A stretch of DNA of 64,000 nt, from positions 30,998 to 94,997 of the forward strand of contig JAETRQ010000004.1 of assembly GCA_021770095.1 (NCBI GenBank), read 5' to 3'. The stretch's first letter is position 1. Each line of letters opens with the position of its first letter. Source of the DNA: Eubacteriaceae bacterium (GTDB taxonomy: Bacteria; Bacillota; Clostridia; Oscillospirales; Acutalibacteraceae). This document shows positions 57,334 to 64,000 of the stretch, one piece after another. The notes beneath the pieces were generated by a model that was given only the letters and a program-made list of their open reading frames with translations, ran no database searches and was not told where the DNA came from. The position numbers were made by a program, and so were the translations under genes.

Positions 57334-60300
57334 TTAAAACTTTCTTGATACCGCAGCAGAAGTGGTGCTTATAAAGAAATCAAATACTCCAATAGAAATC
57401 ATAATTTGTTTTGATAGTCGTTTCATGTTATTTTTAATCTGTTTAGGCGTCATTTTAGCATTTTTTAAATACTGTGAATGTGCGAATTGAGAATAGTTTT
57501 TGGGTTTTAAAGAATTTAATTTATTAGCAAAAGCACTTGAAATTACAGAACAACACATTTCTAAAGCAAAATTTTGAAATAGTTTACGGATAATTGTTTT
57601 TAATGAATATCTTTTATTATTTTTAATCGTATTTTCAAAAGTGTCTATTGCTGTAGATATTGTAGCTCTGGCTATTAAACTCGTCAATTTATTACCAGGT
57701 ACTAATGCAGTTAAAGCTGCTGAAACATACGAACCCCACGATGATGAAGGTCTAAATGCAGATTTACCAGTTCTACCAGCACAAATATTATATATAATAT
57801 CACTAACATATTGAGCTAAAATACCTAAAAGCATTTTTGCTAACGCTTTAATAACTACAGTTGCTATAACTTTACCGTTGTTATCTACATTGTTTATGGG
57901 ATTATTATTGCAATATGTATAAAGATTTGTGCCCGCAGGAATTCCTTTAGATAATTGTGCAATTTCAGGAATATCTGCATTAATAAATCTGTAAATAGAT
58001 GCATCGTAGTAACGGGACTGGAGATAATAATAGCCTGTTTCGCTGTCGTAATAGTAACCTCTGTAACGCAGGGGGTTAGCGTTTGCGACCTCAAATTGTT
58101 CTGCATTGTCCTCATTTACAGTATAAACATTTAACAGTTTGCCCCATTCATCATAAACATACTGAGCAATAATATTTCCATTAGACTCAGTGATAGCAAT
58201 AATATCACCCATCTGATTAGTCATATAGAAATACTGAGTGCCGTTATAAATAAATCCAATAGGTGTACCATTCATATCATACTGGAAATACATTGTGTTT
58301 GTGCCGTCTGATTGAGATATAATGACGCCATTTCTTGTATTATAGTATGTAGTAACACCATTTACAGTCTTTGATGTTCTGATACCGTTCTCATCATAAG
58401 TATAACTGTAATTGTTATTTCCGTCAACTATACTTTCAAGATTTCTGCCACTGTTCCAAGTGAATTCTTTATCACCATAGGATAAAATATTACCAATTTC
58501 ATCATAAGTAAGTTCAACATCATTTACTGCAACAAGCAAATCCTTCCAACCAAAGTTTGCATAAGTGAATGTTGTTGTTTCTTTTGGTGATGCGGTTATA
58601 TTTTCATCTGTTGTATGGTCATAAACATTCTTGGATGTAATATTGCCGCGAGCATCGTAAGTATAAGTTGAGGTATACGATTGATCTAATTCACTGTTTA
58701 CACGGACAAGCTGATCGTTATTGTCATAAATATAGAACTGTGATAAACCATTATAACCAAGTGCTGTAACCTTGCCCTTGTCATCATATTGATTCATAAA
58801 ATCAACAGTGTTTTCTGTTCTGCTTTCTTTATATGAATACTTTTTGATAGTGTTATTATCTTTATCATCATAAGTATATTTAGCAGAGATTGCAACAGCA
58901 TTATTGTAACTAACACTGTCAGTATAAATCCTGTCTTCCGTACTTCCGTCAGGTTTAAATTTATTCGTATAATTGTATTCTTAGAATTAGCATTTTCATC
59001 CTTGAATTCTTCTTGGGAATATGACTGAACAAGAGTGTTGTCGGAAGTCTTGTAAACAGATACGTTATTATTCTCGCCATAAACATACTTCAAGCCTGTA
59101 TCTGTATTAACCTTTTCAGCCAATTCATTATCGGCATTGTATGTATAGGTGACATAAGGTTTTGCATTGCTGTTATGATACTGTGCAGTAACATCTCCGT
59201 TATCGTTATAGGTATAACGAATCACTTCATCATTGGCATAGGTTTCAGAAAGCAATAAATGCTTGCCGTCTGTAGAGTAAGAATATGAAACCGTAGTTGT
59301 GTTGGCAACCTTAACCTGATACAACTCACCATGGTTGAGATAGTAGAACTTGTAAATATCAAATTCTTCTCTTATTTTTGAGCCGATGTCATTGTAAAAA
59401 TACTTTGTTGTTTTGCCAAGACGGTTGGTTTCGCTTGTGAGAGTACCATTGGCAGCATACTTATATGTCTGTCCTGCACTTGCATCTGTATAGGTGTTTT
59501 CGGCAGGCAAGCCGTCTTTAGTGCTGTCATAATCCTCAGGGCTGATTTCCTGTATTGTTCTGCCGAGAGAATCGTAGATAGTACGGGTACAATCACCCTT
59601 TTCATTAGCAAGTAATGTTCTGCCTGCCTTGTCATAGATATAGGACGAGGTTTCCTCACCGCTGACAGAAGTCAGGAGATTGCCCATAATATCATATGTG
59701 TTGTCAACAACGCCGACTGTTGAATTGCCGTCTTTTTCGGTAACTGTTGATACCTTAACACTGTTGCCGTACGCATCATAAGTATTTGTTACGGTTTCTT
59801 TGGTTTTGCTGTCAACAGATTTAACAAGTATACCATTTTCATAAGTGTAGGTTACTGTATCAAAGCAATCCAAATCTGCATTGTACTGTTCAGGAATTGT
59901 GCCTGTGTAGTTTTCTTTCAGTGCAGCAGAAATAACGAGCTCGTTATTCTCGTTATACACTGAATAGGTGTAATTCTTGCCTGTCTGCTGACGGATTACA
60001 TTGCCGTTATTATCATATTTGTAATATGTGTTTTCAGCATCTTCGTCATCAGACACTTCTGATAAAACATTGCCTTTTGCATCGTAAGTATAAGTTACTG
60101 TCGTACCGTCTTTTGTTTCTGTTAATGTACGGTAATACTCATCGTAGGTATATTCGGTAGTTTTACCTTCTTCATCCGTTGATGAAACAATCATAAGCGC
60201 ATCATTATATGTCTGTGATGTAGTAGTTTCAACTGAACTTTCTGTTGAAATTGTTTTGTTCTCATCATCATAGGTATAATTGAGATAAGCACCGCTGTCA

Positions 60301-63300
60301 TATTCATAAGATGTTACTCTGCCGTCAGTACCGTATTTGATTGTTTTATCCATACTCTTGGTGAGAACACCGTTGGTGTATGAATACTGACCGAGTGTAA
60401 CGCCTGCTTGATCTACAACTTTAGTCAAAGTATTGCTATCATAAGTGTAGGTGATAACATTATTTGCAGGATCGGTTGCAGAAATGATATTGCCGTTAGT
60501 GTCAAGAGCAAGAGTATATGCTCTGCTTGCACCATCTGTGATTGTGATTGATGATGCTGTTCTTGCAATCGTGATTGTGTCATCATACTTATTGCTTATA
60601 GATACTAATTTACCGTCAGTGCCGTAAGTGTAATTTACATCGTCAATCTGAAGAATATAACCATTTTCAGATTTAGTTAATGTATAGCCATTGATTTCAT
60701 TCGTATAAGTATTGTCAGCAGTTTTGATAAATGTTAGCTCTGTGCTGTCAGGAAGAACAGCAGAAATAACATAATCGTTTACAACTGTTACTTTGCTGTC
60801 TGTTGCAAAGAACCACTTTTTATCAGCACTGTCATAAGACCTTGTAAAATCAAAAGATACATTTTTATATGCAAGAGAAAAATCTGTATTTGATTCGGTA
60901 TATGTGCCGATTGATGAAGTATCAGGTGTAACCGTCTTACTGATTACAGACTCACTTTCACCGACTTTTGCATAAATAGTTGATTCCTGATTAAGCGGCA
61001 CTGCAAACGGAACGGTATATTCTGTCCACTCGCCGTCTTCACCGATTTTATACTGCAATTTTTCTGTACTGTCTGTATTCGGATTAAGAATACCTACTAA
61101 ATTGCCATCCTCATAAAATTCAGGAAGAATAGCTTCGGTAACCTGTGTTGCGATATTTCCTGCGTTGTCCTTTACTGCAATGGAAATGGAATTTGGAACA
61201 CTGTCTAATGTTTTGCTGTTGGAGGTCTGATAAGTTTTTCCGCCATCAAAACTGTAGCCGGAAATGCCTGACAATGCATCTGTTGCTGTGATGGTTACAG
61301 TTGTTTTCTTTGTTTCTGTATCTTTTACAACAGAAACATCTGAAATAACAGGCTTAGCTTTATCTACTTTATCAATTTTAACAGTTGTTACTGCTGAAAT
61401 ATTACCGGCATTGTCTTTAGCATAAACATAAACTGTTCCATTTCCGGGATATTGCTTTGTATTTCCTGTCTGCCATGAATATGTACCTGATTGTGTAGAA
61501 AAACTATATCCGGCAATGCCTGAACCGCTTTCTGTCGTGGAGGCGGTTAATGTATAACTCTGATTAGTCCAAGCAGTAGGTGCTCCGGTAACTTTTGGTG
61601 CTGTAGGAGCAGTTTTGTCTATTTTATTGATTGTCTGTGTTGAAACAAGTCGAATATTACCAAGTGCATCACGAACATAAACATAAACTGTACAGTTTGA
61701 AGTAAACGTCTTTGTTTTACTTGCCTGCCAGCTGTAGTTGCCTTTTGTTGTTGAGAAAGAATATGGTGTTGCGTGTAATCCTGAACCGCCGCTGTTATCC
61801 TTAGCTCCGTTAACTGTAAGTGTTACATTATTCTTAGTCCAAGATGTTGCATTTCCTGTTACGCTTGCTACTGTCGGTGCTGTGGCATCGTTTGTATAGT
61901 TAATTACATAATATGGGCGCATAGAAGATGTTGAATAAGAACGTGATGCAAACGCTCTCCAGTTATAATTCTTATCTGCCTCTTCCGAACTGATAAACAT
62001 CAGACCGTAATTATGTTGAGTTCCGTCTGCCCATGCCTTGATTGCAGGAGCAATATTGAACTTATACCAATTTGAATTGCTTGAATTATCTGTTGATTTG
62101 GCGTTGATTGTTTTACTTGCCATTGATACGGCTTTAGTAAAATTCGGTTTATTGGAATACGTAACCGAGCCTTCCGTCCAACCGCCGATAATAACATATG
62201 GTGTAACTTTTGTGGTTGTTGTTCTGCCCGTTGTTTCACGCTGCCATGAATATGCACTGTTAATTGCAGCACCTTTTTTGATAGCTGTAGGCATCTTAAA
62301 ATAATTTAAGACTCTGCCATATCCATATTCGGAGGCTCTGCCGAAGCAGCAGGTTTGTTCAGAACCATAATTGTTAGATGATTTTGCAGAGTAGACACCT
62401 GCATCTTCTGAATATGAAAGGTTTCCTGTTGTCGGATCAATAGTAACAGGATAAACTGTGCTTTCACTTTCAAGCCATGACTTGTCCACATTCACGGACA
62501 TAATGTATGTATTCTCATCCATTTCATCAAGGGTATATGAACAATCTATATAATGCTCATTTCTGTCACCCTCAACATATTCACTGTCAAATGCAAATGG
62601 AGCTGCAAAGGTTTGTACAGACTCTTTATTATCATTGCTGATAAGCGAAACTGTTCCGTCATCGTTCAGAACAGCAGTACAGTTGCTTGTTGTAAGTTTG
62701 AATGAAAACACATTCTGACCGATATTGGAATTAAGAACAATCTCGTCTTTTACACCGTTAAGCTGAGGATAAAATTTAAGATTTGTTCCTTCACCGTAAA
62801 TATTCGGATATTCAAAATCTTCAAATTGCTCATTCAGTATTTCAGATGTGCTTTCGGTTCCTTCAGCCTTTTTGTCACTCTGTGGGATAATAGAATAACT
62901 GCTTTCGCCGAATTCTATGTATAAGCCTTTGTTTGAATCTTTTGAAAAATTAATGCGGTAATCATTCTGACCGTTTGTATATTCATATCCGTTTGCTTTC
63001 AGTTCTTTGTCAGATTGTTTTTCAACGGATATATCCTTAGTTTTCAAATTACCGTTTTCATCTGTATATGAAATCGGTTCAGAGAACATATATACAGTAT
63101 TTGACCATCTTTATTTTCTAATTCAATAATATTGCTATCCTCAAACATTGATTGTTCGTCGACTGCTATTGCACCTTTTGTATCAACAATTTCAGATGCA
63201 TAAGCTGAAAGCATTGACTGAATACCAAGCCAGTCCTGTAATCTGCTTGAGCCGACCGTTAATGCAACAAATGTGCCAAAGGCAATTATGACTGACAAAA

Positions 63301-63364
63301 GCACACATAATGCCTTTTTCCAAGTTTTGTGTTTTACAGCGTTCATTTCGTAAAAATCTTCCAT
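57334..63364 (-). pseudogene. RHS/YD-repeat polymorphic toxin gene interrupted by two frameshifts
   Basis: Three consecutive minus-strand ORFs (63364-63044, 63089-58794, 58797-57334) join into one ~2000-aa protein.
- N-terminus: TM/signal segment, a DNRLRE-like region and 3 Ig-like repeats.
- Middle: many YD repeats (YTYD..GN).
- C-terminus: RHS core end NLYTYCNNNPINNVDNNGK followed by a ~185-aa tip.
- The frame changes occur at ~63087-63095 and ~58978-58986. Confidence 0.85.
61150..61890 (-). repeat. three tandem ~85-aa Ig-like repeats inside the RHS gene
   Basis: The repeated pattern is APT.. VTG..T.WT....TLT......SG(I/L).GYSFS...G.YSWQ.....T.......VYVY..D..GNI. The third copy is more diverged. 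Confidence 0.6.
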
Positions 63365-63388
63365 TTAAGTCTCCTCTATTAAAAATCA

Positions 63389-63877
63389 TTAAAATAAATC
63401 ATTGATAAAAGATGAATCAGGCATTTTAAAGGCAGCACCTTCAACTTCACTGTTGGCAAATTGAAGATAGCCACAGTCATCTTCACCAATATAAAGTGTT
63501 CCAAAAACATCTTCACTGCCATCATCATATACAGAAACAAGTTCAGCTAAAGACATTTTCATCTTAACATCTGGTACAGTTGCACTATCTTTTGCTTTCA
63601 GTATTTCAGTTATATCATTTTCGTCAAAATCTACATTCATTTTAAATCCACCGTAATTTATATAAAACTTTTCAATTTTTTTATCGGCGTTTTTATCTTG
63701 TTTTGTTGATGTTTCTTGTTCTGATACCATTTGATTGTCATTTTGTGATGATATTTTATTTTCAGACAGTGTATTATTACTGCAAGAGGCAAAAACAATT
63801 GAAATAACAATACACATTATTAATATACATATTTTTTTCAAAGTTCTTCTCTTTTCTAATATATTATTTAATACCAT
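63389..63877 (-). CDS. hypothetical lipoprotein
   Basis: Signal peptide with lipobox IVFASC. 162 aa. Its start overlaps the upstream gene's stop (ATGGTATTAA). Confidence 0.6.
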   Translation of the reverse strand: MVLNNILEKRRTLKKICILIMCIVISIVFASCSNNTLSENKISSQNDNQMVSEQETSTKQDKNADKKIEKFYINYGGFKMNVDFDENDITEILKAKDSATVPDVKMKMSLAELVSVYDDGSEDVFGTLYIGEDDCGYLQFANSEVEGAAFKMPDSSFINDLF

Positions 63878-64000
63878 TTATTTATCCAGCCGTCTTTATC
63901 TGTTGCAAGCTGGGTTTCTTTTTGTGTAGTGGTTGTTGTCGGTTTTTCAGTAGTAGTTGATTTTGTTTCCTCTGTAGGTTTGTCAGGCTTAAAATCAATG
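63868..64000 (-). CDS. 3' end of a gene encoding a Thr/Pro/Lys-rich protein (5' end outside the window)
   Basis: The minus-strand frame is open from the window edge: ...IDFKPDKPTEETKSTTTEKPTTTTTQKETQLATDKDGWINKWY-stop. Confidence 0.35.
   Translation of the reverse strand, partial: IDFKPDKPTEETKSTTTEKPTTTTTQKETQLATDKDGWINKWY

Noticed and set aside
1-64000. Scan for CRISPR arrays, tRNA/rRNA genes, IS elements with terminal inverted repeats, and integrase or recombinase genes
   Set aside because: I saw no regularly spaced repeats, no cloverleaf-like or rRNA-like segments, and no transposase or recombinase-like translations in any ORF. The absence of tRNA and small RNA genes cannot be fully excluded by eye.

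Overview
The window looks like a low-GC Firmicutes (Clostridia-like) chromosome, with GGAGG-type Shine-Dalgarno sites, a T-box leader and Gram-positive conjugation genes. It splits into four blocks.

(1) 1-19.4 kb, housekeeping genes. These are the coaE 3' end, an M18 aminopeptidase, an asparaginase-like gene, a complete T-box(Trp)-controlled trpEGDCFBA operon, and a minus-strand YtrA-type GntR/ABC transporter cluster. They are followed by a VanW lipoprotein gene, glmU and ppdK.

(2) ~19.6-21.9 kb, a visibly AT-richer two-gene module. An ImmA/IrrE-like metallopeptidase is translationally coupled to a 526-aa protein with a nucleotidyl-cyclase-like N-terminus and a degenerate Nudix-like C-terminus. 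This is my best candidate for an undescribed nucleotide-signalling or defence system.

(3) ~22.2-56.5 kb, a Firmicutes-type conjugative element. It carries a ParB-like gene, a sortase-anchored adhesin and a 2469-aa polyvalent protein combining ArdC-like, tandem MutS-I, N6-methyltransferase and SNF2 domains. It also carries Dcm and MT-A70 methyltransferases, MobC, a relaxase, PcfB, a VirD4 coupling protein, Maff2, VirB6-like, PrgI, VirB4, SrtB, a PAPS-reductase-like gene and an NlpC/P60 hydrolase.
- A complete TnpV-like gene is nested in the +1 frame of the polyvalent ORF.
- Two AT-rich antisense membrane-protein cargo genes interrupt the element.
- No integrase or recombinase is visible anywhere in the window.

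(4) 56.9-63.4 kb, a minus-strand RHS/YD-repeat toxin locus. The gene is broken by two frameshifts and has an unrecognised C-terminal toxin domain and a small membrane immunity candidate.

I found no rRNA, tRNA or CRISPR array. All family assignments come from reading motifs in the supplied translations; no database search was run.
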